Origin: Octopus sinensis
Taxonomy: Eukaryota
Assembly (NCBI RefSeq): GCF_006345805.1
Contig: NC_042997.1
Location: 103,912,001 to 103,976,000 of the forward strand
Reading direction: 5' to 3'
DNA: 64,000 bases
Numbering within the stretch: position 1 is the stretch's first letter; every line of letters begins with the position of its first letter. This document shows, one piece after another, positions 26,591 through 40,887 of the stretch. The position numbers were made by a program, and so were the translations under genes. The notes under the pieces were generated by a model. It was not told the DNA's origin, ran no database searches, and saw only the letters and a program-made list of their open reading frames with translations.

Positions 26591-29220
26591 GCCTATTGCA
26601 TAAATTAATGTTGTTATAGACTGAATGAATGAGAACTTGAAATTTTAGGAATGTTTGACCTTTTGTGACGTTTGAGTCGAAATAAACAAAGCAGATTTAG
26701 TAACATTTGAAGCTTGATGAGACTGGAGGCTCAGTTCAAATTTTTCTATGACCAATTTGTGTATAATTTAAATGATATAGAAAGAATGTAATTATTATGG
26801 AATCAGTTTTGTCGCAGTGTTTTAATACAATATAAATTCATTAAAAATGAATGAGCAGAATTCTATTTTCTCATTATAAGTCGGATAGGAATTCTTCCAA
26901 CAATTCCATTTTTATAACGATATACATACAATAGGACAAATCTCAATTTGTTCAGATAATCTGCTATAAGAAAATCCTTAGAGTGACTGTGCAGTATTAT
27001 TTGTAAGTAGTTGCTATCAAAGTCTAAAAATCAGTTATTTTTCGTACTAAAAATTAGTTTATAAAATTCTTATGATGTCAGCAATACGTGTGTGTGTGTC
27101 TGTATGGATGTATATAGGCTTATATGTATGTATATACGTGTGTGCATGTGTGTGTGCTTGTGTGCATGTGCGCGCCTGTGTGTGCGTGTGTGTGTGTATA
27201 TGTGTGTGCGTATGTACATGCGCACACACACACACGCGCACGCACGCACGCGCGCGCACACACACACACATATACAAATATGTAATAGATTGAAGGCCTG
27301 TATTTAAATCACTGCTATTTTTCTTTTCTTTTTATTTATAATTTTCTTACTGAGTAATTTTATTTATCGTATTCGTGATGGTGGCTGTGCGTGATTTGAA
27401 AAGCAAAAATTTAATGAGTTATTCTTCGGTGGGATGAAAAATTAACAGCAATAAAAAATACGACCTTCCCTTTATTATTGCCCCCTAAGCCTAACCATTG
27501 GATTTGTTACAATAATGGTTTTGAAGAATGGGTGGGTATTTCCAAATATTTTAATATATATAAGAGGGCGGGTCAAAAGCATTATATAATCTATAATAAT
27601 AAATGCGAAAGCGATTTTCAGTGTGTCAGTGTGTTACAGTTTTTCAACTTTACTCCTCTGACCCCCTATATCACTATTCAATGACACTTATACTTTTTCT
27701 CATACTTTACCCCTCTCTCACTATTCAATAATTCTTATACTATTCTTCATTTTTGATTTTTTTCTAGCATTTAAAAAAAATTATTTCTCTAAATATTATA
27801 ATTATTTCCAAAAGTAATTTCCCAAAATAAACATTTTGAAAAGATTCTTCTCTATATATATCTGTATCAGGTAATTTAACCATAACACATGCTTCATAAC
27901 GTTCGGAACTGAAACACGTATTGAACTCACTCTCACACAAAATATTACCTCTCATAACTCTCTACCATAAAAATGTTTTTCAGATATTAATAAAATTTGT
28001 CGGGCCTGTTTTCATGCCGTTGGCCGTCGGAGCTATGGAAACTTAGCGCACTCTGACTGCATGAAAATAGATTCGACTAATTTTATTATTACCTTAAAAA
28101 AGTACTAAATTTCAAACATCTTTATGGTCAAATACGTTGAGAGCAATTCCAAACCATAAAAATCGTACTTTAAAATAGTGTTTAGAGACAGTGGTGCTAT
28201 TTTCCTTCAAACTACGAACGGGAGTTTAGGTACGTACCAGCTACTACAAATAACTGTTTGTACGAAAATTAAGGTCCTACGTACATCAGATTGTCTTTAA
28301 ATTAAGTGGCGGCAGAAGAATTATCGTTGAACTTAAAGAGGTATGTATATTGTTGCCTATGGCCAGCTATATGTTGGTTGTTGAAGGGTAGGGAATGGAA
28401 ACAAGCTATTCGTACAGACCCCGAATGGGAAGACCAAAAATGTTTATCATGCTGCTTTTGCAATAAGTTCCAAGTCGACAACTTATATCATTGTTTTGAT
28501 GAAAGTTGTTCATTGCTTAAAAAGTATTGTTCAAGTTTAATAAAATTTGATACGCACTCAATGTATGAAATGTCATTGTTGCGTCCAAGGCGGCTTTTAA
28601 GTTAATATATACATATATTTACATACTTACGTGCGTGTATGCTTGTATGCGTCTGTGTGTGTGTGTGTGCGCGCGTGTGTGTATGTGTGCATGTGCATGT
28701 GTGTGTGTGAGTGTGTGTCCTGGACAAGGCAATAAAAAGCATAACTGCATTTGATAGCTTTCAGCTTGGAAGTTTAGGAGTTTTAGGGGAATATGGAATT
28801 ATTGCTGTGTAAAAAAATTTCTTCAGACTTTTACATGAAGGACTATAAATGCCGATGATATCCGTGTGGGATAGACTCCCCTTCTTGGATCTTAGTCACA
28901 TTTTTGTCTTAGGATGTGTTCTTGTACTTCGTGAATGTTTTTTCTCAGTCTTCGGCTGCCCGTCATCTATTTTCACTTTCTATCTGGTTCCTATCGTCAT
29001 GAAATAGTGGTGGTGATGGTGGTGGTAGTGGCGGCTTGAGTTAATAGTTATAGTCTGGAATACGTATTTTTGCAACCAATTTCGAGTCAATTTCTTAACG
29101 GCTATCAGAGTTGATACTGAGAGGCAGTCCCCTATAAACTGCAATTGTCTCTGCATGCATGTGTTGTTAGTGTCAGTGGTATATATTTCCTTTAGCTCTT
29201 CTGGTTGAAAAGCCGTTCAG

Positions 29221-29278
29221 TGCCTTTACTACCATAAGTGTAGAAGCTGGGTTTTCTACATTTATGGTAGTAAAGGCA
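29221..29278. repeat. 58-nt hairpin with 25-bp arms
   Basis: TGCCTTTACTACCATAAGTGTAGAA-gctgggtt-TTCTACATTTATGGTAGTAAAGGCA, one G-T wobble. Confidence 0.85.
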
Positions 29279-30061
29279 GGGTCTTCTCCATTGGACCGTT
29301 AGTTTTTAAGTCTTTCTCTCTGCATCTGCAACAGAGGTACAACACTAGACTCGTTTTGTTTTACTCAGAATTATGGGGTTCTGCATACTGATAGAGTGGT
29401 AGTCTGAACTCAGACCATTCAAAGTAAAATAATTGCCGATCAATTGCTCATATTGTGCTACTAAAAGTAGCAATCAGTCCTCAATGTATGCACGTCATCA
29501 ACACAGAGATATACAACGAATGTTAATGAGCAAGTGGTTTTAGTATATTGGTGAGAGATTGTTTTCTCGCCAGAAGAATCGTCTATATGGAATGTGCTCT
29601 AAAATCTTTTCATGTATAAAAACAGCATTTCCCTCCACAATATGAGATGTGGTCTGACGTGGCCCAATCACGCTTGACGTTTTCTACGAGGTTACGGTTA
29701 ACGTTAGGGTTGATGTACGTTTCGGTTTTAAATTCGATAATTTTGGCAATAAAAGATCACAAGTGATTTAGAAAACTTGTATCGTAACATGCTAAGGGTG
29801 CTTACAATGTACTGTTGCTGTATTGAAGTAAAACATTATTTTCTCCATTAGTATAACGATAGTGTATCGATGCTATTGGAGAAGACATAATTGTTACATG
29901 ACATTGAAAGATATGTTCGAGGTTTCTTTCTGTTTATAGCAGCAATGCATGTCTAGTGTAAAGTATCTAGGCATGCCTGAGAATGATGATCATGCGAAGT
30001 AAGGAGTGAAAAATATGTGTTCTTAGAAGTGAGGTAAACGTAGTTAAGTATAATTATTTAA

Positions 30062-30313
30062 TCTTTTATTTATTTCAGTCATGTAACTGCGGCCATGCAG
30101 GAGCACTTCGTACAAAGAGTAGTAATTATCTTTATTTGTTTAACCTTCAGGCGCTTAGCTGAATAAATCGACTTCAGTACTTATTTATTTTTGGAGTCTG
30201 ATACTTATTCTATCGTTCTCTTTTACCGAACTGCTGGATTACGGGGATGTACGCAAACCAACACGGTTGTCAAACAGTGTCGGGGAACAAAACCAGACAC
30301 AAAGACACACATT

Positions 30314-30356
<43 letters not shown>

Positions 30357-30380
30357 TGTCTATGTGTGAGCTTGTGTGTC

Positions 30381-30429
<49 letters not shown>

Positions 30430-30821
30430 CATAAACACACATATACGTAGAATCATATATATATAGATGTACATATGTATATGTATATGTATATATTTAT
30501 ATATACATATATATATAGATAGATATATACGTATGTATATATATATATACATACATATACATATAATACACATACACACACACATACACACACGCGCACA
30601 CACACACTCACACATATACATAATTATATGTATATATATACTCAATACATTCGCCATGCTGGACCTCTGAACTCCACACGTTTTTTTCTTATTCTCTCTC
30701 TGTTTATTCCCTTTTATTCCCTTCTTGCGAGGAGTGTAGGTTCCAAACGCAAAACACTTTTCCATTTTTCCCGATCGTCAAACTGACACACTCGTTTGTT
30801 GTTCCTATAAATAAGATTTTG

Positions 30822-30883
<62 letters not shown>

Positions 30884-30999
30884 ATATATACATGGCTCTA
30901 ATAGAAAACACTTGCTCAAGCTGCCGCGCTGTAGGACTGAACTCGAGAACAAATAGTTGGGAAGCAAGCTTCTTAACTACACAACCACTCCTGTGCCTA
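30062..30999 (-). mobile_element. Old family A SINE, apparently split by microsatellite expansion and a PLE fragment
   Basis: 3' half at 30062-30310 and head at 30894-30999, same orientation. Confidence 0.6.
30648..30826 (+). mobile_element. Decayed PLE pLTR fragment with degenerate HHR
   Basis: CTTCTTGCGAGGAGTGTAGGTTCCAAACGCAAAACAC (30721-30757) aligns with the reverse complement of 51924-51961; flanks are also homologous. Confidence 0.55.
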
Positions 31000-31589
31000 T
31001 AGTTACGTAATTTTCTAACTAAAGCAAACTTCTTTTAATCGAGAAAAGATATATCATTTCGCGGCCGCGTATGTGGCCAAGAGATTGTCTTCCATTTATA
31101 GAGTTCACCAACACAAAACAAAATGCCTTTCACTCTTTATCTTAGAAATCATCGAAATACACACAAAACTTTAAAAGAATTAGAAAATAAATGGAAAATA
31201 AATGCATATGCACACACAAAATACAGTAACATAAAAAACATTAACAAGTATTAACATCCGTGCGTATGTGTATATACACATTACACGGTCACTTTGATGT
31301 AAATACTTCGGCGGAGCAAGGTCTATTTATTTAAGCCTATTTCAGCATTATCTTTTCATTGTAGAACATTTTTTTGTGTGTTTGTTTACCTTTTAAGTAA
31401 TGATGATGCATGTGTATGCACGTCTGTTTTTGTTTTATTACATTTTGTTTAGAAATCTATAACGTTGTTTGTGTAGGTATGATCATGCCCATATTTTTGT
31501 GTGTACGTTTAAGTGGGTGTGTGTACGTTTAAGTGGGTGTGTGTAGAACATTTTATAGGGTGCGAGCGTGTGTGTGTGTTTGTGTGTGT

Positions 31590-31627
<38 letters not shown>

Positions 31628-31896
31628 GTGAGAGTGAGTGAGAGAGAGTAAAGGACAAAAGAAAAAAATAAACTGCGTTCAAAAGTAAGATCTTGCCATT
31701 TATTTTCATAGCAGACATCACCAACAAAGCATAACAAAGTCAACATTATGAATATAACGAGAGTGTCAGCGAAAATTACAACAAAAAAATTGTATAATAT
31801 ATATATAATACACACACATGCACATATATATACATATATATGTATTATATATATAAAATGCACATATTGCATATATGTATATATATATATATTATA

Positions 31897-31941
<45 letters not shown>

Positions 31942-32657
31942 TATATATATGTATATGATATGTGTGTATATTATATATATATAAGTATATGTATAATACA
32001 CAAAGATATATAAACATACATATATATATTTATGTGTGTATGTATGTAAATACATATATGAGTACACACACATACACACAAACATACACACTCACACATA
32101 CATACACGCTTACAGAAAACTCATTCATTCACATCATACGGACATTATTCTTAATGCTTTTTTACGATGTCCTTCGTTTTTTTTTTCTTTGCTTAGATTC
32201 GTTCCTTTGCCCCGTCTCATATGTCCAGATGTTTCTTATCTGACCACACAGACCACACGCAGAAGCATGCCATACAGTATTGTACTGTAACACGCTTACA
32301 AGCGTATTCACGCACAAACGTACACGAAGGCTCACCACACCCCTAAATTATATATATTTTTTATTACTTCTAATGTCTGGTTGTTGCTCTGAAGCTGTTG
32401 TTGTTGTTGTTGTTGCAGTTTGTATGCTGATGTTTCTGATTGTTTGTTTGTTTGTTTGTCTATTATTGTTGGCTTGTTCTTATAACATCGAAGACATGTA
32501 CTGCAGATTACGTTTGCGAAATATTGGCAAGTTCAGAGAGAAAGGGGTAGTATGAAAGGGAGAAAAGGGGAAGTCGGCAAGAGTAAGGGTGACATATAGA
32601 GATAACGATGAGATTGGGAGAAATCCAGGCACAGGAGGCAAAAGAATATATATACAT

Positions 32658-32689
<32 letters not shown>

Positions 32690-33382
32690 TATAATATATA
32701 TATATATATATATATAGATATATATTATATATTATATATATATATATATATGAATATATATATATATTATATATATATATATATATATAGTATATATAAT
32801 TATATATACATACACATATATACATACATATATACATATGTGTGTGGGTATATATATATATATATAATATATATAGGGTGCTGAAAATAAATAAAGTCAT
32901 AAAAAAAGACAACGAGTAAGAGAGACGAAGAGAGAGCGGGTCTGAGTGATAAAGGGAAATAATCTATATAGAAATATGGGTAATGAAAAAGATGGGGTAA
33001 AAAAAGCATCACAGCCAAATACGAAAACCAATAAAAAATATACTTGATACATGAACCGTAATATTATACATAAAAGATAGAAAAAATATTTTCAGAACAA
33101 AGGTTAAACGGAGAGTGTTTATTTCTTCCACCGAATGGTGCACCTCCTGTAAATCATTCAGCTAGATGATGTCAGCCTTTGACCAATACCTACTTATGCG
33201 GGGGTCGGTACATATGGTGTTTTCATTCTTGAACATTCCAATTTGTACATTCCCATTTAATATGCTATATGAGGTGTATGCATATATATATATACATATA
33301 TACATATGCTATATATATATATAATGTATGTATACATAATGGATATATATATGTATATATACATATATAGTATATGTATATA

Positions 33383-33426
<44 letters not shown>

Positions 33427-33706
33427 AACCGGTATATATATGTATATATATATTGCACACATATGTATATATGTATACATGAATGTGTACATATAATATA
33501 TATTATATATCTACTTATATATCATATATAAGTATTATATATAAATAATGCTAGATAGATATATTATACCGCCTGAGCGAGTACTTCTGTTACTCTGTTA
33601 CGGTACATGCATGCTTGACTTAAAACATGCGAGCAATATTATATATATCTACCTGCATATGTATTCCTTCACAGATGCATATGTGTGTGTGTGAACCTGT
33701 AATATA

Positions 33707-33750
<44 letters not shown>

Positions 33751-34840
33751 ATGTATGTATGTATATGGCGGAGGAGGTATATATGTATGATATGTATGTG
33801 TATATGTATATACATATATATATATATTGACAGACACACATATACATGCATACATGCATATAGATATATGTATGTGTGTGTGTGTGTGTGTGTGTGCGTG
33901 TGTATTGACAAATGCACACATACATATTACATATTTTGGTCGGACCATACTCAGAAAAGATAGATAACTTTGCAGCTGACTAAAATACAGATATGTAGTC
34001 ATTGATGTGTGTCGCAAAAAAACATTAGAGTCGCATTAAGATAAATGATGCAACACACACATACAAATTTTCGTGCCTATTTCTTTTTGTTTGTATATTA
34101 AAACATATTGCACATAACATAGTTGAAGAGTGATGCTAAAAGGGAAAAACATGAGCGTTTCATTACCCATTTAATATTTTCCTTGCATAAAAGGAGAATG
34201 CAACGAACCAGTAACCCACTATAACTTTCCTGGTACACATTAATACGTGATAGAAATATACTAACCTAATACCTGTCTTATGGACAGTGAGTTATTATTA
34301 ATAATTCTCGTTACGTTACTTTATAGAGTAATGAAACATCTTGGAGTAATTGAATGGGACTTCAACTTTGTATATTTTCATATATTTATTTATACCTTGG
34401 TGTATGTATGGACACATGCATGTATATTTCTACTCCTCAGTATGAATATATATAATGTATTTAATATCATATATATGTATATATATATTATACATGTGTG
34501 TGTGTACTCACACTCTCTCAAATATATAATTTACACTGAATGTTCGCATTGTTTTATTTTCTGTTACACCTTAAATCCTACTTGCTCTACTTCTTCCCAT
34601 TATTCTTTTCTTTATTCTCCCTTTCTATCTTTTTCTCTGAAATTTACACAAATATCATTAGTAATCCAAAGAGAAGTATATCGTAACCCAAACGGATTAC
34701 GATGTATGTCACTTTCAGTTATGTTATCATGTATACATGCTTGTGTCCTTTTGTGTTTATATACGTTTGAATAGTCGGTAATCTATCGACAGATAAAACT
34801 TGTGCATGCGCTCGTTGTGCGTGTGCTAAGGGTGTATGTT

Positions 34841-35063
34841 GACATGTATTTAACTTTAAGTACCTATTTTCATATGTGTGCACATGTACGCGTGTTCGTG
34901 GGGGGGGGGTATCCTTAAGATATAGCAGTGTGTTTTAGAATGTTTTAGTAGACATTTTACTAACAGATACTAAAACACACCACTATAACATAAGGGTACA
35001 CCCCACGAGCATGCATACATGTGCACACATACAAAAATAGGTACTTAAAGCTAAAGGCATGTC
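34841..35063. mobile_element. ~220-bp imperfect palindrome, MITE-like
   Basis: CTTTAAGTACCTATTTT..ATGTGTGCACATGTA..GTGTGTTTTAG pairs with CTAAAACACAC..TACATGTGCACACAT..AAAATAGGTACTTAAAG. Confidence 0.75.
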
Positions 35064-35262
35064 TTCTTTATCTTTAACATGTTTCAACCCTAAAGCTGAC
35101 GCCATATATATCTGTACATATATATGTATATGTATACATACGCATATATACATATACTAATATATATATGTATAAATATATATGTAAACATATGCTTAGA
35201 TATATATATCTATATATATATATATATATATATATAAATATTATATATAAGTATATATATAA

Positions 35263-35372
35263 TGGCCTGCTCGCTTAGCCAGCGGGATGGCGTCATTTGA
35301 AGGCTAAAACCATGCGAAGCGCATTGTGACCAGCGATGTGTAGCAACATCTGATAGCCAGCTTGGTCACGTG

Positions 35373-35373
<1 letters not shown>
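35263..35373 (+). mobile_element. Family B SINE, tail only, in (TA)n
   Basis: TGGCCTGCTCGCTTAGCCAGCGG...GGTCACGTGA as in 5965-6086. Confidence 0.85.
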
Positions 35374-35424
<51 letters not shown>

Positions 35425-36222
35425 GTATGTATATATATATCTGTGTATGTATATAATTATCCCGATGTACATGTGTTTGTATGCGTGTATTTATATTGGG
35501 TGTTATCAATAGATCCTATAGAGGGTTCAAATGTGTACCGCATGCCACTAACCAGGGTATGTCGAAGTGCACTGTATGACCCTGAGATAGGCAGATGTAC
35601 GGAATAATCGTGTAATGTTGTAATTCGGGTGACTCGCTTTAACTAATTAAACTAAGTCATATGACAAACCTTTAAATGACAAAATCGAATGAGAAATTTA
35701 ATAAATAGGAGCAAGCTGTACAATGAAGAAATCTTTGCGTTTTCCTTACCTTATATTAAGCACATATAAAAAACACTAATGTCGTAGGACAGGCTAACTA
35801 GATAATAGTCTATGTATGTATGTATGTATGTATGTATGTATGTATGTATGTATGTATGTATGTATGTATGTATGTATGTATGTATGTGTGTGTGTGTATG
35901 TACGTTTGTATATATGAACACATGCATGCAATTGCGCTAAATAATTATACATGGTAAAAAATACCGATAAAATAAATACTTGGCTTACAAAGAATAAGTC
36001 GTGGGGTCGATTTCTTCGACTAAAACCATTTAAGGCGGTGCTCCAGCATGGCTGCAGTCAAACGGCTGAAACAAGTAAGGAAAACAAAAGGAATAAACGA
36101 ATACATAAAGTAATACTAACGGGTGGAGAAACGGATTAAATATTGAACCAAAACTGTTGGTTCTACCGTCTGCTCGGATAATGATAATAAATTGCCTTAT
36201 CGCTATATCTAAACATCTAAAC

Positions 36223-36619
36223 CAGTTTTTCCATCCATTTTTGCCTATGGACCACTTTGATTCCTGTTTTACTGAACTGGATCTACATAGCTATGCACTG
36301 TATATAAAAAAAGATTCCCATTATGTTTTCATTATTAAATGTTAGGAATTGTATTCTTATGTTTTTATTCTTTTACTTGTTTCAGTCATTTGACTGCGGC
36401 CATGCTAAAATACCGTTTTAGTTGATCCCATGGCTTATTCTTTGTCAGCTCAGTACTAATTCTATCGGTTTCTATTGCCAAACCGCTAAGTTACGGGGAC
36501 ATAAACACACCAACATCGGTTGTGAAGCGATGGCGACGGGACAAACACAGAACCCACAAATACATACTTATATATATATATATATAATATATTCTATCTA
36601 TATATATATATATATATAT

Positions 36620-36659
<40 letters not shown>

Positions 36660-36843
36660 GAGTCTACCAAATCGACTCACAAGGCTTTGGTCAGCCCGAG
36701 GCTATAGTAGAAGACAGTCACCCAAAGTGCCACGCAGTGGTACTGAACCCGGAAATATTTGGTTGGGAAGCAACCACACAGCCACCAGCAAAATCTTATG
36801 TGGACCCCCAAGGGTCTTTATAGATCCCAGTTGAGAACCACTG
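36223..36843. mobile_element. hAT-like MITE with 8-bp TSD, interrupted by a SINE
   Basis: Ends homologous to 26333-26590; flanks ATCTAAAC (36215-22) and ATCTAAAG (36844-51). Confidence 0.75.
36367..36786 (-). mobile_element. Family A SINE nested in the hAT MITE
   Basis: Aligns to 3135-3534. Confidence 0.85.
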
Positions 36844-37592
36844 ATCTAAAGAATGAATCCGGATATGGTAAAATATATCAGCATGTATGCGTGTGTGTGT
36901 GCGTTTAAGTTTATACTTAACGGTAATCAATGCGTGAGGTTGTATCCTTTTATTTACATTGAAAAACGGAAGTTAATGATTCTATAAATAAACATCGATA
37001 AGATACATATATAACTGAAATAAACAGTATGATTGTTATGATCGACTAAAAATAATTATAAGCGGTATCCCGATATGGCGGCTGTCCAACAAATGAAACG
37101 GTAAATGAATAAAATATGTGTATTTATACGGCTGTATGAGTTCGGACTTGTTTTTGTGTCTATATATTTAATAAGTCATATGTACTTGAACATAATGTTT
37201 TAGACCTTAGTGTCGATAATGTATGCACCCAAAATAAATAAGGATTGATTTAAATGGTTGTCATTCGACAAAAACCCTGAGCCTTGTGTTGAAAAACTTA
37301 GGAATATTTTAATATGACTCAGTGTAATTATAAATATTTATATGTTGTAAATTACTATGACGTCAATGACACAATTTTCGTTGGAAAGAATAATGTTCAT
37401 AAAATGGATGGAGAAATTCGAAATATTGCTTTGATCCAATGATAGAACACCTGTCATATCGACCAGAGATATGGGCTCGAGTCGCATGGGCAAATTTCGA
37501 CTTTTCTATACAAAAAGTTTTCAACACAGTATTTACAAGCCATTATTTCACTATTTCACGTTCTCTCGAAAGTTATAAATTATTATGACGTC

Positions 37593-37633
<41 letters not shown>

Positions 37634-37699
37634 GAAATGTAGGTGAACATATGTACACATAAATATATACATACATTCATACATACATACACACATGTG

Positions 37700-37771
<72 letters not shown>

Positions 37772-38076
37772 TGTGTGTGTGTGTGTGATGGTGTATGCGT
37801 TACGATCCTGCGAGGGCATAGCGATACTGATAACCAATCGTTAGAATAAAATATGCTTTAGAATACAATATTATGTGAGAGAAGAGAGAAATATCAATTA
37901 AGGAATGACAAAATAACAAGACTAACATAATGACTTTCATTAGCTTACAGTTGAAGCTGCAATAAGAAGCGTTGTACACACAGCTTAGGAGCCATTTAAA
38001 TGACGTTTATATTTGTCGCAGAAAACGTATAAAAACATAGAGTTTGTTACATAGGGAATTACTATATAATACAAAT

Positions 38077-38395
38077 TGAAGGCGTGTGGCTAAGTGGATG
38101 GAATATTCGTCACTGAATCGTAAGATCACGAGTTCAACACACAGCGGCACATTGTCCTTGAGGAAGACACTCTAATCCATGTTGCTCCAGTCAGCTCAAC
38201 TGGCAAAGATGAGTAGTACCTGCATTTCAAAAGGCCAGTCTTGTCACATTCTGTGTCACGCGGAATCTCCTGGAGAACTAAGTTAAGGGTGTGCATGTTT
38301 GAGGAGCAGTCAGTCATATGCATGTTAATTTCCCTAGCAGGCTGTTCCATTTATAGGAGTAACTAGAACTCTATGTTGTCTTAACCGACCAAGTG
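38077..38395 (+). mobile_element. Old tRNA-derived SINE, family D
   Basis: TGAAGGCGTGTGGCTAAGTGG head, GAGTTCAA B-box, CCTTGAGGAAGACACT..GTTGCTCCAGTC core shared with 45331-45526. Confidence 0.7.
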
Positions 38396-38449
38396 CTAGT
38401 TAATACAGACTGAGATTAGAGGAAAATCATCTCATATACTGATACGCAT

Positions 38450-39682
38450 TCTCAGAGAATCCACTATTCCTTAATGCACTATTGCAACAGGATGCAGCAT
38501 TTTGAAATGCTGTCTTATTTGAAGAAATTGATGATATTCGTCTACCAACATTACTGACTAAGCTCCTAAGAATAACTGGCGGATGATTGGATTCTTTGCT
38601 AATATAAAATAGTTTATCATTAGGCTTACGGTAAGGTTTGAATTAATCTAACTGTATAAATCTAAATTTATATCTAAGAAATCTACACTTTTGTAATCCG
38701 TAAGCCCATCCTTTGGAAGAGAGTGATTAGATCCTTCCTAAGCTTATCTAATTCGTGGCCGTTTAAATTATGGGTGACTATAAGGCCGACATCTGTATAT
38801 AATCGTGCATCTATAGATGAGAAATCTAGATTTAGATTATACAAAAAAAGCTCCTATGGGCACACATATCTCAGCCCCATCGTATGCCCCCATCTGTATA
38901 TCGAAAAGAGAATCCGCACTCATTTTGACCCAGGTAGAATAGTCGTGAAAAAGAAGGGATTTCCTCGCATGTACGATAATATCTATTTCCGAGTCATCGC
39001 TGTTGACATACTGCTTGGCGAAGTCTAATGCTTTTAGAAGCAAAGGCCTGGATATTGACAGGTAAAAGTCAACAATATCAAACTGTGTAAATTTGCTGTT
39101 ATGCTTATAGCTAATCCCTTTAAACCAATCTATTACTGACTTGCTATTTTTCCAAATCTGTAAATTTAATTCACTATCTAACTTAGTTAAAATACGAGCT
39201 AAAATATATTTGCTAGTAAAAATATTTCAGTTTTAGCCGGATTAATCAATCTACAATAATGGTTTCTATTACAATTAACTTTATGGTCTTTTGGGGTAAG
39301 ATATTCTATCCTATTGCTAATTTTAAGATTGTTAGCTATTCTTCTTGCCTCCAAATTTACCTCTCTGTATAAATTTGTATTGTCTCTTTTGTATGTATCT
39401 GTGATGCTATTCGAAATTAAACGTCTGTATACGTTCTTATCAACCGCATATAAGGTTTTTGTCTTATCAGAGTTAACGAAGATCTTATTCGAGTTGTTAA
39501 TTTCTCTAATTTTTTCCTTCATAACTATCTGTAGTCGTTTACCGTATTTACTGAATCTAATTTTTCTAATGAATTCGAAAAGGTCTTTCCATCTCAATCT
39601 TCGAATAAACTCTTCCGTTTTTTCTATAAGACTTTTGAGATAGGTATATTTTTAGAGAAAAATCCAATGGGTAAAGTTCCAT
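38450..39682 (-). pseudogene. Penelope-like element reverse transcriptase pseudogene
   Basis: Fragments in order: NIPIS..LIEKTEEFIRRLRWK, KDHK..CRLINPAKTEI, FTQFDIVDFYLSI, FDIQMGAYDGAEIC, RLYTDVGL (decayed YRDDG), VDFLD, YRKPND..SNHPP, ALRNSGF; several frameshifts and deletions. Confidence 0.88.
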
Positions 39683-39747
39683 CTTTTTCAGCTGTTTTCT
39701 TTTCCTACTTTCTACTTCCTATGTATGCATATATGTATGTATGTAGG

Positions 39748-39797
<50 letters not shown>

Positions 39798-39800
<3 letters not shown>

Positions 39801-39877
39801 AGAATTCACGAAAAAACAAAGGACGAAGACAGGTGGTGTAGAAAACAAACAGATGTATTAGTATAACGCTCAGGAAT
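39798..39877 (-). mobile_element. PLE terminal fragment in (TA)n
   Basis: CAGGTGGTGTAGAAAACAAACAGATGTATTAGTATAACGCTCAGGAAT homologous to 51868-51909. Confidence 0.65.
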
Positions 39878-39892
39878 ATACATATATATATA

Positions 39893-39939
<47 letters not shown>

Positions 39940-39956
39940 ATGTATATGTATGTATG

Positions 39957-39990
<34 letters not shown>

Positions 39991-40799
39991 TGTATGTATG
40001 TATGTATGTATGTATGTATGTATGTATGTATATATGTATTGTCTGTGTGTGCATGTGTGTGTGTCTATGTATTTACACCTTCTAGAATTAAACAGTGCTA
40101 ATTTAGCCAATGATATTCATGGCCATTTGATGCAGAGCGTGAAATAAAACAATATTGTTTAATTAATGTTTTTTTGTCGAGTCGGTTCCATCCTGTTTGA
40201 TAAATGTCCTTTAATGCACACTTAGATGTATTACCGACCTCACCCTCTCGCTTCAATGTTATTTTCTCAGGTCATTCTGCGAAATTAGAAGAAAATATGT
40301 TTCGTTTACTCAAGTAAACGCCACTTATTTTTTTATGCCCTTTAGTCTTTATGTATTACCCCTCGCTTTTCCTTTCTGAATAATCTTTATTTATTTGTCT
40401 ATTTATTTATTTATTCATTTAGCTTTGCTTTTTTTGTGTTGATCAGTTTCTCTTTTCTACTTTCTTTTTTTTCTAAACTTATCATATTGACGAAATTTCC
40501 CTTGTGCATTAAAGAATGAAATTAAATCCTCAAATGTTGTAGCACCAGCAGCATACATTTTTACTCGTTGTAGCCGTCGTTGTCATAGTGGTAGTAGTTG
40601 TTGTTTGGCCCCAAATCGACTTTGGTTGAGCATACTTATAATCAAAGGCATTTAAACACAACCAGCTCATCATTTCTTGTATGGAGATGAACCGGATCTA
40701 CATTATCCATCGTATTCTTGTATTTAAGCCATTTGGAGGTTAAGAAAGCTCTAGCTGTTCTTTCTTGGCCATGTACAGGCCTCCACGTTGGTTCGAGAA

Positions 40800-40845
40800 G
40801 TGGCAACAACAGCAGCAGAAGTAGCAATAGTAGTGGTAGCAGCCC

Positions 40846-40887
<42 letters not shown>

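Noticed and set aside
31497-31545. 20-bp tandem duplication
   Set aside because: Ordinary slippage event in GT-rich sequence
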